NCBI GenBank assembly: GCA_038890875.1
Contig: JAWAFA010000001.1
Location: 258,617-322,616, forward strand
Reading direction: 5' to 3'
DNA: 64,000 nt
Source of the DNA: Candidatus Pacearchaeota archaeon
GTDB lineage: Archaea; Nanobdellota; Nanobdellia; Pacearchaeales; JAPDKA01
The notes beneath the pieces were generated by a model. That model did no database searches, was not told where the DNA came from, and saw only the letters and a program-made list of their open reading frames with translations. Positions 55,539 through 64,000 of this stretch are shown in pieces (the stretch's first letter is position 1; every line of letters starts with the position of its first letter). The position numbers were made by a program, and so were the translations under genes.

Positions 55539-56960
55539 ATGGAAATTTTAGATCATATAGAAAAAGAGGCACAAGATTTTCTCAAGTTTCAAGAAACACA
55601 GGAAAAGATGATAGCCATCTTTAGTCATTATGATGTTGATGGCTTAAGCTCAGCTGCAGTCCTTGCAAGAACATTCAAAAATCTAGACATTCCTTTTTTT
55701 ATTAGAATTTTTGACTCACTTGATAAAAACATAATAAAAGAAATAAAAGAAAAAAGCAAAAATTATGCTTGCATTTTTTTCCTTGATTTAGCCTCAAGTT
55801 TTATTCAAAATCTTGAAAATTTTGATTGCGAAGTTTATATAATCGATCATCATGAAATAGAAAAAGAAAAATGGGGAAAGTCAAAGTTGCATTTAATTAA
55901 TTGGAGGATGTTTGATGATGATTATGCAACAAGCTCAAGTATTCTAACATATTTTTTCTCTTCAAGTTTAGCAAAAGCAAAAAATAAAAATTCTGAGGAG
56001 AATGAAAACGGAAAGAATGAAAAAATAGCCCTTCTTGGTCTTATTGGAGATTCCATGGACAAAGAATTAAGTAAACTTAGCAGTTTATTTTTAAAAATTG
56101 CAAGAGAAAAAGGAGCAATTGAAATTAAAAGAGGCCTGAGATTTTTTTCTTACTCAAAACCTATTCATAAGGCAATAGAATTTGGTTCTGTTTACATTCC
56201 CAAAATAACTGGAGATAGTGCAAATGTTATTGAATTTTTACACAATCTTGGAATAGATATCAAAAATGGTTCAGGATATAGAACTCTCAATGATCTTAAT
56301 AAGGATGAGCTTTCAAAACTAACCACAGCCGTTATAACTTCCTTTAGTGATGAAAAAAGTAAGAGCATCGACTTGGTTGGGAATATCTATCTAATAAAAC
56401 TTTTTGACACTGTCGAAGATGCTAAAGAGCTAGCAACAATAATAAACGCTTGCGGTAGATTGGGAAAAAGCTTTGTTATTTTGGCCTTTTTGCTAGGAAA
56501 AAGAAAAGCTCGAGAAATAGCAGAGCAATATTATGCCAAATACAAATATGAAATTTTTAATGGTTTAAAATATGTAAGTAGATGTATTGAAAATAAAGAA
56601 AATGTGATAAAGGGGGAGAATTTTATTATAATAAATGCGAAGAATGTGATTAGAACAAGTATAATTGGAGTTATCTGTTCAATGTTAGCTAATTCTTGCC
56701 TTTATGAGCAAGGTTTTGTTATAGTTGGGCTTGCCCATAAACAAGATAAAGCTAAAGTCAGTGTGCGCATTGTGGAAAGCGAAAATAAATTAAACGCTTT
56801 TAATTTACTGCAAAAAGTTAAAGAATTAAGTAAGCTTGAATTTGAAGTTGGCGGGCATGAAAGAGCTGCTGGAGCCTTGCTAAAAATAGAGCAAGAAAAA
56901 GAATTTTTGAAATATCTTGAAAAAGTGCTACAAGAAGAAAGCATGACGATAAAGATTTAG
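55539..56960 (+). CDS. recJ: RecJ-like DHH-family phosphoesterase (archaeal Cdc45/GAN-type).
   Basis: DHH motifs I (SHYDVDGLSSAAV) and III (IIDHHE). DHHA1 GGH motif (EFEVGGHERAAG). Confidence 0.7.
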   Translation: MEILDHIEKEAQDFLKFQETQEKMIAIFSHYDVDGLSSAAVLARTFKNLDIPFFIRIFDSLDKNIIKEIKEKSKNYACIFFLDLASSFIQNLENFDCEVYIIDHHEIEKEKWGKSKLHLINWRMFDDDYATSSSILTYFFSSSLAKAKNKNSEENENGKNEKIALLGLIGDSMDKELSKLSSLFLKIAREKGAIEIKRGLRFFSYSKPIHKAIEFGSVYIPKITGDSANVIEFLHNLGIDIKNGSGYRTLNDLNKDELSKLTTAVITSFSDEKSKSIDLVGNIYLIKLFDTVEDAKELATIINACGRLGKSFVILAFLLGKRKAREIAEQYYAKYKYEIFNGLKYVSRCIENKENVIKGENFIIINAKNVIRTSIIGVICSMLANSCLYEQGFVIVGLAHKQDKAKVSVRIVESENKLNAFNLLQKVKELSKLEFEVGGHERAAGALLKIEQEKEFLKYLEKVLQEESMTIKI

Positions 56961-57045
56961 CAAAAATCTTGGCCAAAAGTTTTAAAAATCACATAAACGA
57001 AATAATATAAACAAAATAATAAATAAAAATTTAAAAAAAGAGAAA

Positions 57046-57771
57046 ATGCCTGATGGCGATTTTCAAAGTCAGTTAATGGGGTACGATAGAGCTAGCACTC
57101 TCTTTAGCCCTGAAGGTAGAATATTTCAAGTAGAGTATGCTGAGAAAACTGTTAGACTCGGAGCAAGCAGTATTGGATTTGTTTGCAAAGATGGAGTTGT
57201 AATTGTTGCTGATAAAAGAGTTGTCGAAAAACTTCTCGTGGCAGGGAGTATTTACAAAATTTATGAAATTGATGATCACATTATTGCAAGCGCAGCAGGA
57301 ATTTTAAGTGATGCACGCGTGTTAATCGAAAGGGCACAGCTTTATGCACAACAACATCGTATAACTTTTAATGATGATGTTGAAATCGAATCTGTTGTTA
57401 GAGATATCTGTAATATAAAGCAAGCATTTACTCAATACGGGGGAGCTAGGCCATTTGGCGTACAAATAATGTTTGCTGGAATTAATGTTGATAGTTCAAA
57501 AAAGCTGTATGTTACTGATGTTACTGGGAATTATAATGCCTATCATGCTATTGCAATCGGTGAACATGATGAGAAAATTAAGGAAATCTTACATAAAGAA
57601 TATCAGGAAAATATGAGTATTAATGATGCCATCAAGCTTGGTTTAAAAATCTTTAAGAAACTTCTTAGTAAAGATTTTAATTTTGAGCGAATTGATGTTG
57701 TCTATGTTAAGGAAAAAGAAAGAAAGCCTGTAAGATTAAGTCCTGAAGAGATAAAAAAAGTGGAAAAATAA
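57046..57771 (+). CDS. psmA: Proteasome alpha subunit.
   Basis: N-terminal YDRASTLFSPEGRIFQVEYA alpha-subunit signature. 241 aa. Confidence 0.9.
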   Translation: MPDGDFQSQLMGYDRASTLFSPEGRIFQVEYAEKTVRLGASSIGFVCKDGVVIVADKRVVEKLLVAGSIYKIYEIDDHIIASAAGILSDARVLIERAQLYAQQHRITFNDDVEIESVVRDICNIKQAFTQYGGARPFGVQIMFAGINVDSSKKLYVTDVTGNYNAYHAIAIGEHDEKIKEILHKEYQENMSINDAIKLGLKIFKKLLSKDFNFERIDVVYVKEKERKPVRLSPEEIKKVEK

Positions 57772-57775
57772 TTCT

Positions 57776-58525
57776 ATGGAACATCAACATTTTGAATCAA
57801 GCATAGCAAGAATAAAAAAACTTGGAAAAGAATTTGAAATCTTGGTTTCTGATGCAGAAAAAGCTCTACAATTAAAAGAAAAATTGAAGAAAATAAGGCA
57901 AGAGAAGAAGATTATAGAAAAAGCCGAACTTATTGAAAACTTACAAAAAATCTGTCAAGTTAATCATATTTTTTATGATGAAAAAAAAGGTTTAAAGCCT
58001 ACTGAATCAGAACTTCAAACAGCATTTGGTACAACTGACTTTTTTGATATTGCAGCCGAAATTATTGAAACTGGAGAAATAGTACTGCCTTCAGAGCTAA
58101 GAAAAAAATTGAGGGAACAAAAATTAAAACAAATGATTGATTTTCTTTCGAAAAATGCTGTTGATCCGCGCACAAAAAGCTTGCATCCACCTGAAAGAAT
58201 TGAAGCAGCATTAAAACAAGTTGGTGCTAAAATAGATGAGTTTAAAAGCATCGATGAACAACTTCAATCAATAATAAATCAACTTGCCAGGATTTTACCG
58301 ATAAAATTGGAAATTAGAAAACTTGAAGTTATTATTCCTGCAGCCTTCACTGGCAAAGCCTATAGCTTTCTCGCCAAATATAATAAACAACAAGAAGAAT
58401 GGTTGGATGATGGTAGTTTAAAAGTAATTCTTAATTTACCAACAGCTTTGCAACCGGAATTTTTTGATAAGCTGAATAAAATAACAAACGGAACTTCACT
58501 TACTAAAGACCTTGGTGAGGCTTAG
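57776..58525 (+). CDS. sdo1: SBDS/Sdo1-family ribosome maturation protein.
   Basis: N-terminal SIARIKKLGKEFEILVSDAEKA (FYSH domain). Located between psmA and the exosome genes, as in the archaeal exosome superoperon. Confidence 0.7.
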   Translation: MEHQHFESSIARIKKLGKEFEILVSDAEKALQLKEKLKKIRQEKKIIEKAELIENLQKICQVNHIFYDEKKGLKPTESELQTAFGTTDFFDIAAEIIETGEIVLPSELRKKLREQKLKQMIDFLSKNAVDPRTKSLHPPERIEAALKQVGAKIDEFKSIDEQLQSIINQLARILPIKLEIRKLEVIIPAAFTGKAYSFLAKYNKQQEEWLDDGSLKVILNLPTALQPEFFDKLNKITNGTSLTKDLGEA

Positions 58526-58593
58526 CATTTGAGCATAAACCTTATAAATTTTAAAACAAATAATAAATAAAATAAAAAAGAGGAAAAAGAAAA

Positions 58594-59004
58594 ATGATAG
58601 ATGATATTTTTGAAAAGATGGCTAAAATTATGAGTGAATTTGAGAGGGGCTTCGGGAGGTTTGAGAGAGAGATGAGAATACCAATCGCTGATCTAAGGGA
58701 AACAGATAATGAATTTATTGCCATAATCGAGTTGCCAGGAGTTGATAAAAAAGATATAGAACTTTTACTTACTGAAGATACTTTAGAAGTTAGAGCAGAG
58801 AAGAAAAAAGAAACCAAGATGGAGAAAGAAGGATATATAAGGGCAGAGAGAGCTTATAAGGGATTCCATCGTTTAATGAGCTTGCCTGCGCGTATTATTC
58901 CTGAACAAGCTAAAGCAACTTACAAAGAAGGTATACTTGAAGTTATAATGCCAAAAGCAGAGAAAAAATTAGTAAAGAAAGGCAAGAGAATTGAGGTTAA
59001 ATAG
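58594..59004 (+). CDS. hsp20: Small heat-shock protein (Hsp20/alpha-crystallin).
   Basis: Alpha-crystallin domain (DLRETDNEFIAIIELPGVDKKDIEL...GILEVIMPK). Confidence 0.85.
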   Translation: MIDDIFEKMAKIMSEFERGFGRFEREMRIPIADLRETDNEFIAIIELPGVDKKDIELLLTEDTLEVRAEKKKETKMEKEGYIRAERAYKGFHRLMSLPARIIPEQAKATYKEGILEVIMPKAEKKLVKKGKRIEVK

Positions 59005-59115
59005 CTTAGAAAAAGAGAAAAGAATTTTGCTTTTACTTAATTACAAAGATTTTTAAAGTCTTTCTTTCTTAGAAAAGGATAAGATGAAAGGAAAAAAAGG
59101 AGGAATTAGATTAAA

Positions 59116-59823
59116 ATGCCGAAAAAAGAAATTAATGAGGGGTTAGAGAAAGAGAAAGAAGAAAGAAAGCTTGTTGTTCCTGGCGAAATTGTGGCCAAAG
59201 GATATGAGTATCTCACAGGAGAAGGTTGTATTCGCGAAGAAGAAAATATTGTTGCCATAAAATTTGGAATTTTAAGTTGTGAAAATAAGCTAGTAAAAGT
59301 TATCCCGATAAGTGGAGTTTATATGCCGCGCATTGGAAATGTTGTTATCGGTCAAGTGATTGATGTCTTATTTAATGGCTGGCTTGTTGATATCTATGCT
59401 CCTTATCAAGCATTTTTGCCAGCGTCTGATGTTACAAGTAATTTAGAAAATCTAACTAATTTTTATGATGTTGGCGATATCATCATTGCAAAAATAAAAA
59501 CTGCACAAAGAAGGAGTGTAACCCTAACAATGAAGGGAGCTGGACTGATGAAAATTAATTTTGGCCTTATAATAAAAGTTGGGCCTTCTAAAGTTGCAAG
59601 AATTATAGGAAAGCAAGGAAGTATGGTAAATGTTATAAAAGAAGCCACGAAAACAAAAATTGTTGTTGGGCAAAACGGCTTAATTTGGGTTAAAGGCGAA
59701 GATGCAGAGTCAGAGTTACTAGCTAAAGAAGCTATTGAAATGGTAGCAAAAAACCCATTGCTTGATGGACTAACAGAAAAAGTAAAATCATTTTTGGAAA
59801 AGAAAACTAAAGAAGAAAGATAA
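59116..59823 (+). CDS. rrp4: Exosome RNA-binding subunit Rrp4 (N-terminal, S1 and KH domains).
   Basis: S1 (YMPRIGNVVIGQVIDV) and KH with a GxxG loop (IIGKQGSMVNVIKEATKTKIVVGQNG). Directly upstream of rrp41/rrp42. Confidence 0.8.
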   Translation: MPKKEINEGLEKEKEERKLVVPGEIVAKGYEYLTGEGCIREEENIVAIKFGILSCENKLVKVIPISGVYMPRIGNVVIGQVIDVLFNGWLVDIYAPYQAFLPASDVTSNLENLTNFYDVGDIIIAKIKTAQRRSVTLTMKGAGLMKINFGLIIKVGPSKVARIIGKQGSMVNVIKEATKTKIVVGQNGLIWVKGEDAESELLAKEAIEMVAKNPLLDGLTEKVKSFLEKKTKEER

Positions 59824-59842
59824 TAAAAAATACAAAAATAAG

Positions 59843-60556
59843 ATGGCATATACAAAAAGGTTTGATGGTCGAGCTTTTGATGAGCCGAGGCCAATAAGAG
59901 CAGAAGTTGATATTATTGATAATGCCGATGGTAGCGCTCTTTTTGCTTTTGGTGATACTGTTGCTATTGCTGCTGTTTATGGTCCTCGTCAACTTTTTCC
60001 TCAGCATTTACAAAATCCAGAAAGAGCGCTATTAAGAGCATATTATGACATGCTTTCTTTTTCTGTCAAAGAAAGAAAAAAACCAGGCCCTTCTCGCCGG
60101 AGTCTTGAAATAAGTCATGTAACCACTCAAGCTCTTGAACCAGTTGTAATGCTCGATAAATTTCAAAATTGTGTTATTGATGTTTATATTCAAATTCTCC
60201 AAGCCAATGCTTCCACAAGAACTGCGGGAATAAACGCTGCAAGTATAGCTTTAGCTCATGCTGGCATCCCGATGCGTGATCTTGTTACAAGTGTTTCTGT
60301 TGGTAAAGTTGGTGGGAGCCTAATTGTTGATCTAACTAAAGAAGAAGAAGATTATAAAGAGAATGGGAAAAAAGCAGCTACAGATATTGCTTTGGCAATG
60401 GAAGCAAAGAGCAAAAAAATAGCCTTGCTCCAACTTGACGGAAATATAGCTCCAAAAGAATTATTGCAAGCAGTCGAACTAGCAACAGAAGCAAGCAAAA
60501 AAATTTATGAAGCACAAATAAAAGCATTAAAAGAAATAAATAAAAAATGGATTTAA
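59843..60556 (+). CDS. rrp41: Exosome catalytic subunit Rrp41 (RNase PH fold).
   Basis: RFDGRAFDEPRPIRAEVDIIDNADGSALFAFGDTVAIAAVYGPRQ. 237 aa. Confidence 0.85.
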   Translation: MAYTKRFDGRAFDEPRPIRAEVDIIDNADGSALFAFGDTVAIAAVYGPRQLFPQHLQNPERALLRAYYDMLSFSVKERKKPGPSRRSLEISHVTTQALEPVVMLDKFQNCVIDVYIQILQANASTRTAGINAASIALAHAGIPMRDLVTSVSVGKVGGSLIVDLTKEEEDYKENGKKAATDIALAMEAKSKKIALLQLDGNIAPKELLQAVELATEASKKIYEAQIKALKEINKKWI

Positions 60557-60557
60557 A

Positions 60558-61358
60558 ATGGAAACATCAAAAGTAATGTATAATACTTTACTAGGGTTGC
60601 TAAAGAAAGGGAAGAGGATTGATGAAAGAGGGCTTCTTGATTATCGGGAAATTGTTGTGAAACCAGATATTAGTAAAAATGCAGAAGGTAGCTGTGAAGT
60701 TAGAATTGGTAAAACTATTGTAGCTGTTGGAGTAAAAATTGATGTTGGTGAACCTTTTACTGATTCACCTGATGAAGGTATTCTAATTGTTAATGCTGAA
60801 CTTTTGCCTCTAGCTTATTCTGGTTTTGAACCAGGACCTCCAGGAATTGATGCTATCGAGCTAGCACGAACAATAGACAGAGGCCTAAGAGAAAGTGGTT
60901 TTATTGATTTAAAGGCTCTTTGTTTAGAGCCAGGGAAGCAAGTTTATAGCATTTTTATTGATATCTATCCTCTAAACTATGATGGGAATCTTGTTGATGC
61001 TAGTTTTTTAGCCAGTATTATAGCTTTAAAAAGAGCTTTTTTACCAAAAATCGTGAAAGAAAATGATATATGGAAAGTTGAATATGGAGAAAAAACTAAA
61101 CAACCTTTGCCAGTAAGTAAAAATATTCCTTTAATGTCAACAGTATACAAACTCGGTGAAAACTTTTTCCTCGACGCCTCTCTTGTCGAAGAAAAGGCAA
61201 GTGATGCAAAAATGAGCATTGGATTTACTTTTGGTAAAGAAACAATAATCAATGCCATACAAAAACTTGGCTCCGATACTATAACAAGCGAACAACTTAA
61301 AAAAATCATAGATCTTGCTGAGAAAGGCGCTCTCCATCTAAAAAAATTTTTAATTTAA
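60558..61358 (+). CDS. rrp42: Exosome subunit Rrp42 (RNase PH-like, non-catalytic).
   Basis: RNase PH-like fold. 266 aa. Immediately follows rrp41 with a 1-nt spacer. Confidence 0.8.
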   Translation: METSKVMYNTLLGLLKKGKRIDERGLLDYREIVVKPDISKNAEGSCEVRIGKTIVAVGVKIDVGEPFTDSPDEGILIVNAELLPLAYSGFEPGPPGIDAIELARTIDRGLRESGFIDLKALCLEPGKQVYSIFIDIYPLNYDGNLVDASFLASIIALKRAFLPKIVKENDIWKVEYGEKTKQPLPVSKNIPLMSTVYKLGENFFLDASLVEEKASDAKMSIGFTFGKETIINAIQKLGSDTITSEQLKKIIDLAEKGALHLKKFLI

Positions 61359-61386
61359 AGTTAATAAAAAATAGAAGGGCTGGCAG

Positions 61387-61830
61387 ATGAAAAAAGAAGA
61401 AAAAGGAGGAAAAGAAGGAAAAGAGAAGAAAGAAAAAATAGAAAGCTATACTAAATACGAAACTGCAAGAATAATAGCTGCGCGAGCATTGCAACTTAGT
61501 ATGAATGCTCCCATCTTATTAAAAATTCCCAAAGAACAACTTGAAGCAATTAATTATGATGTGATCAGAATAGCGGAAATGGAATTTAATGAAGGAATTT
61601 TGCCAATTACTGTTAGAAGGCCAAAACCAAGAAAACTACAATTTGTACCGATAGGCCGCGAGCTTGGCGAAATAATTGAAGAAAAAGAACCAGGAGTAGA
61701 AGAAGAAAAAGAAAAAGAAAAAATAGAACAAGTCACAGAAACGATTAGCGAAGAGCTTGAACAAGTTGAGCTTGAAGAGAAAGAAGAAGTTGAAGAGGAA
61801 GAAGAAAAAGAAGGTTATGAAGCCGATTGA
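61387..61830 (+). CDS. rpoK: DNA-directed RNA polymerase subunit K (Rpo6/RpoK), with unusual Lys-rich N-terminal and poly-Glu C-terminal extensions.
   Basis: Core TKYETARIIAARALQLSMNAPILL (the Rpb6/omega signature). C-terminal ~50 aa are E/K-rich (EEKEKEKIEQ...EEEEEKEGYEAD). Next to eno, as in the conserved rpoK-eno-rps2 cluster. Confidence 0.7.
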   Translation: MKKEEKGGKEGKEKKEKIESYTKYETARIIAARALQLSMNAPILLKIPKEQLEAINYDVIRIAEMEFNEGILPITVRRPKPRKLQFVPIGRELGEIIEEKEPGVEEEKEKEKIEQVTETISEELEQVELEEKEEVEEEEEKEGYEAD

Positions 61831-61845
61831 TTATTTTATCATTTT

Positions 61846-63069
61846 ATGAAGCCAGCCAATATCAAAGCTTCACAAGTTTATGATTCAAGAGGCAAGCCGA
61901 CAATAAAAGTTACAATTGTCTTTTCTGGTGGAGAAGTTTTTGCTATCGCCCCCAATGGAACTTCAACGGGAAGGAAAGAAGTGCGTGATTTTTCTATTAA
62001 AGGAATAGAATATAGCTTAATTCTAATTGACAAAATTGGAGAAGAACTAAAGAATGTAAACCTTGAAAGCTTTGAAAGTTTGCAAAAAGTTGAAGATATC
62101 GTAAAAAAGTATGACAACACTCAAGATTATCGCATTCTTGGAGGTAATGCACTTTATGCTCTTGAGGCAGCCTTAATTAAGGCAATCGCCAAATCTCAAG
62201 GTTTAGAACCATGGAGATTGTTAAGAGAAAGTGAAAAAATAAGGTTAAAGCTTAGAATGCCGATGCCTCTCGGCAATTGTATTGGTGGAGGGAAACATAG
62301 CACTATTGTCGGTTCGCCAGAATTTCAAGAGTTTTTGATTACACCAATAACAAAAAAATTTTTTGAAGCTTGCTTTATAAACATGCATGCATACAAAAAA
62401 GCAAAAGAGCTTTTGCAAAGATTAAATAAGCTAAAAGGAATAACTATTGAAAATGCACTCTGTGGAACTTTCAGTAATGAAGAGGCTATTGATTTTTTGA
62501 TAGAGGTTAGAGAAAATATAAAAGAAACATTTGGTATTGAACTTGATATCGGCATTGATGTGGCAGCAACAAGTTTTTTCAAGGCCAATACTTATCAATA
62601 CAAAACTAAACCTCTTTCGCTTTCAGCTTCATCACAACTAGAGTTTATAAAACAATTAATAAAGAAGCATAATCTTGTTTATGTCGAAGATCCTTTTTAT
62701 GAAGATGATTTTGAGAGTTTTGCAAGACTTACTTCACAAGTATCAAACTGTTTAGTTGTAGGTGATGACCTGACATGTACCAACCCTACCTACATAGAAA
62801 AGGCAATAAAGATGAGAGCAATAAATGGAGTTATAATAAAACCAAATCAAATTGGAAGTTTGCTTACAACAAAATATACTTTTGATTTAGCAAAGAAAGC
62901 AGGAATAAAATGTATAGTAAGTCATCGAAGTGGTGATACTATCGACGATTTTATTGCTGATCTTGCTGTTGGCTGGCAGGCAGATTTTATTAAAGCAGGA
63001 ATAACTGGAAGGGAAAGAGAGGCAAAGTTAAAAAGAATTATTGCCATAGAGAAATCGCTTATTGGTTAG
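61846..63069 (+). CDS. eno: Enolase.
   Basis: N-terminus VYDSRGKPTIKV. Metal and active-site region SHRSGDTIDDFIADLAVG (the SHRSGETED motif). 407 aa. Confidence 0.85.
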   Translation: MKPANIKASQVYDSRGKPTIKVTIVFSGGEVFAIAPNGTSTGRKEVRDFSIKGIEYSLILIDKIGEELKNVNLESFESLQKVEDIVKKYDNTQDYRILGGNALYALEAALIKAIAKSQGLEPWRLLRESEKIRLKLRMPMPLGNCIGGGKHSTIVGSPEFQEFLITPITKKFFEACFINMHAYKKAKELLQRLNKLKGITIENALCGTFSNEEAIDFLIEVRENIKETFGIELDIGIDVAATSFFKANTYQYKTKPLSLSASSQLEFIKQLIKKHNLVYVEDPFYEDDFESFARLTSQVSNCLVVGDDLTCTNPTYIEKAIKMRAINGVIIKPNQIGSLLTTKYTFDLAKKAGIKCIVSHRSGDTIDDFIADLAVGWQADFIKAGITGREREAKLKRIIAIEKSLIG

Positions 63070-63125
63070 CCAAAAAATAGCATATAGCATTTTAAAATTT
63101 TTAAACTTCTTTTCGCTTTATTTTT

Positions 63126-63995
63126 ATGTTTGAATTTTTGATAAATCCAAAGAAAGCTGAAAAGAAGCCATGGGAAATGTTTTTTATCGGCTTGCTTTAT
63201 AGCTTAATCGCTCTTCTTTTAGTCGATTTAGTTTTTATAAAAAATAATGTTTTCAAGAACTATGCCAGTATGATGATCATTTTGTTTGCTGTTATGCTTT
63301 GTATACCTTTTGTTTTTTACCTTTTCGCTTACGAAGAGCGTAAGGATCTTGTTTTGAAAAAAGAGAGAAAAATTCTGAAAGAGCATGGTAGAGCCCTTCT
63401 TGCATTAACTTTTCTGTTTTTAGGCATGCTTGTTGGTTTTTCACTTTCAGCACTTCTCTTGCCAACAGAGTATACTAAAATAAATTTTGAAAGTCAGATA
63501 CATACTTATTGTAATATAAATATGCCTTATGATATGAAAACATGCTTTGATTATTTGCCTGAAGGAAAAATTAGTAAGCCAAGTCCAACAATAACATTTA
63601 GTGCCGCTATGAACAGATTCTTCGGCATATTTATAAATAACATTTATGTTTTGCTTTTTACTATCATCTTTAGCTTTATTTTTGGTGCAGGTGCAATTTT
63701 TATTTTGACATGGAATGCAAGCGTTATTGCCATAGCCATAAGTAGCCTGGCAAAAGCAAGAAATTTCGGTTTAGCATTTACTCACTATATGCTTCATGGC
63801 ATACCAGAAATAATGGCTTATTTTGTCGCCGGTCTTGCAGGAGGAATAATAAGCATGGCAGTAATAAGACATGATTATGAAAGTAATGATTTTTGGATAA
63901 TTTTACAAGATAGTGTAGATTTAATCATAATTTCTGTTCTTATTTTAATTCTTGCAGCATTCATAGAAGTTTTCATTAGTCCATTCTTGCTTTAA
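63126..63995 (+). CDS. Polytopic integral membrane protein of unknown function.
   Basis: 289 aa with six or more hydrophobic helices. No catalytic motif recognised. Confidence 0.4.
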   Translation: MFEFLINPKKAEKKPWEMFFIGLLYSLIALLLVDLVFIKNNVFKNYASMMIILFAVMLCIPFVFYLFAYEERKDLVLKKERKILKEHGRALLALTFLFLGMLVGFSLSALLLPTEYTKINFESQIHTYCNINMPYDMKTCFDYLPEGKISKPSPTITFSAAMNRFFGIFINNIYVLLFTIIFSFIFGAGAIFILTWNASVIAIAISSLAKARNFGLAFTHYMLHGIPEIMAYFVAGLAGGIISMAVIRHDYESNDFWIILQDSVDLIIISVLILILAAFIEVFISPFLL

Positions 63996-64000
63996 AAATT

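Noticed and set aside
1-64000. Mobile elements (IS, integrase, transposase) or prophage boundaries.
   Set aside because: No transposase, integrase, terminal inverted repeat or tRNA-adjacent att duplication was recognisable. The foreign-looking genes (SLT, GGDEF, pentapeptide, PRTase, MTase fragment) are scattered rather than in one bounded island.

Overview
AT-rich (~30% GC), gene-dense archaeal chromosome segment, most likely from a small-genome DPANN-type archaeon.

**Core archaeal genes.** PolB, FEN-1, a Y-family polymerase, RadA, RPA-like, HhH-GPD glycosylase, HisRS, GlyRS, NDK, Bud32 and MetAP2 are present. A conserved rps15 / RecJ-like / psmA / SBDS / Hsp20 / Rrp4 / Rrp41 / Rrp42 / rpoK / eno superoperon spans 55-63 kb. 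There are four tRNAs (Thr-CGT, Arg-GCG, Ala-GGC, Gln-TTG), a probable minimal RNase P RNA and an unannotated secG (Sec61-beta).

**Cell-surface and host-interaction layer.** Around this core sit giant Cys-rich, N-glycosylation-sequon-rich surface proteins. There are two operons of class-III-signal-peptide (type IV pilin-like) proteins and a membrane-anchored S8 subtilisin. A VKOR homolog and a DsbA-like protein provide disulfide machinery. Two secreted Slt-type lytic transglycosylases are present, one with two LysM domains.

**Bacterial-looking genes.** Several loci look horizontally acquired: a GGDEF protein with a degenerate motif, a pentapeptide-repeat protein, a PrmA-like methyltransferase pseudogene, and a GC-shifted tandem-PRTase protein. 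A radical-SAM/SPASM enzyme sits divergently from a TrmB regulator.

**Candidate undescribed modules.**
- 25.8-29.2 kb: a TrmB regulator divergent from three unknown cytoplasmic genes, one with an N-terminal region that looks receiver-like. All three share a conserved GC-rich leader and a GGAGGTG SD motif.
- 29.2-32.4 kb: a long AT-rich gap, then a HerA/FtsK-superfamily ATPase, then an SLT-LysM murein hydrolase.
- 19.8-24.2 kb: TrmB, rSAM-SPASM, methyltransferase pseudogene and tandem-PRTase.

No CRISPR array, rRNA, transposase or integrase was recognised.
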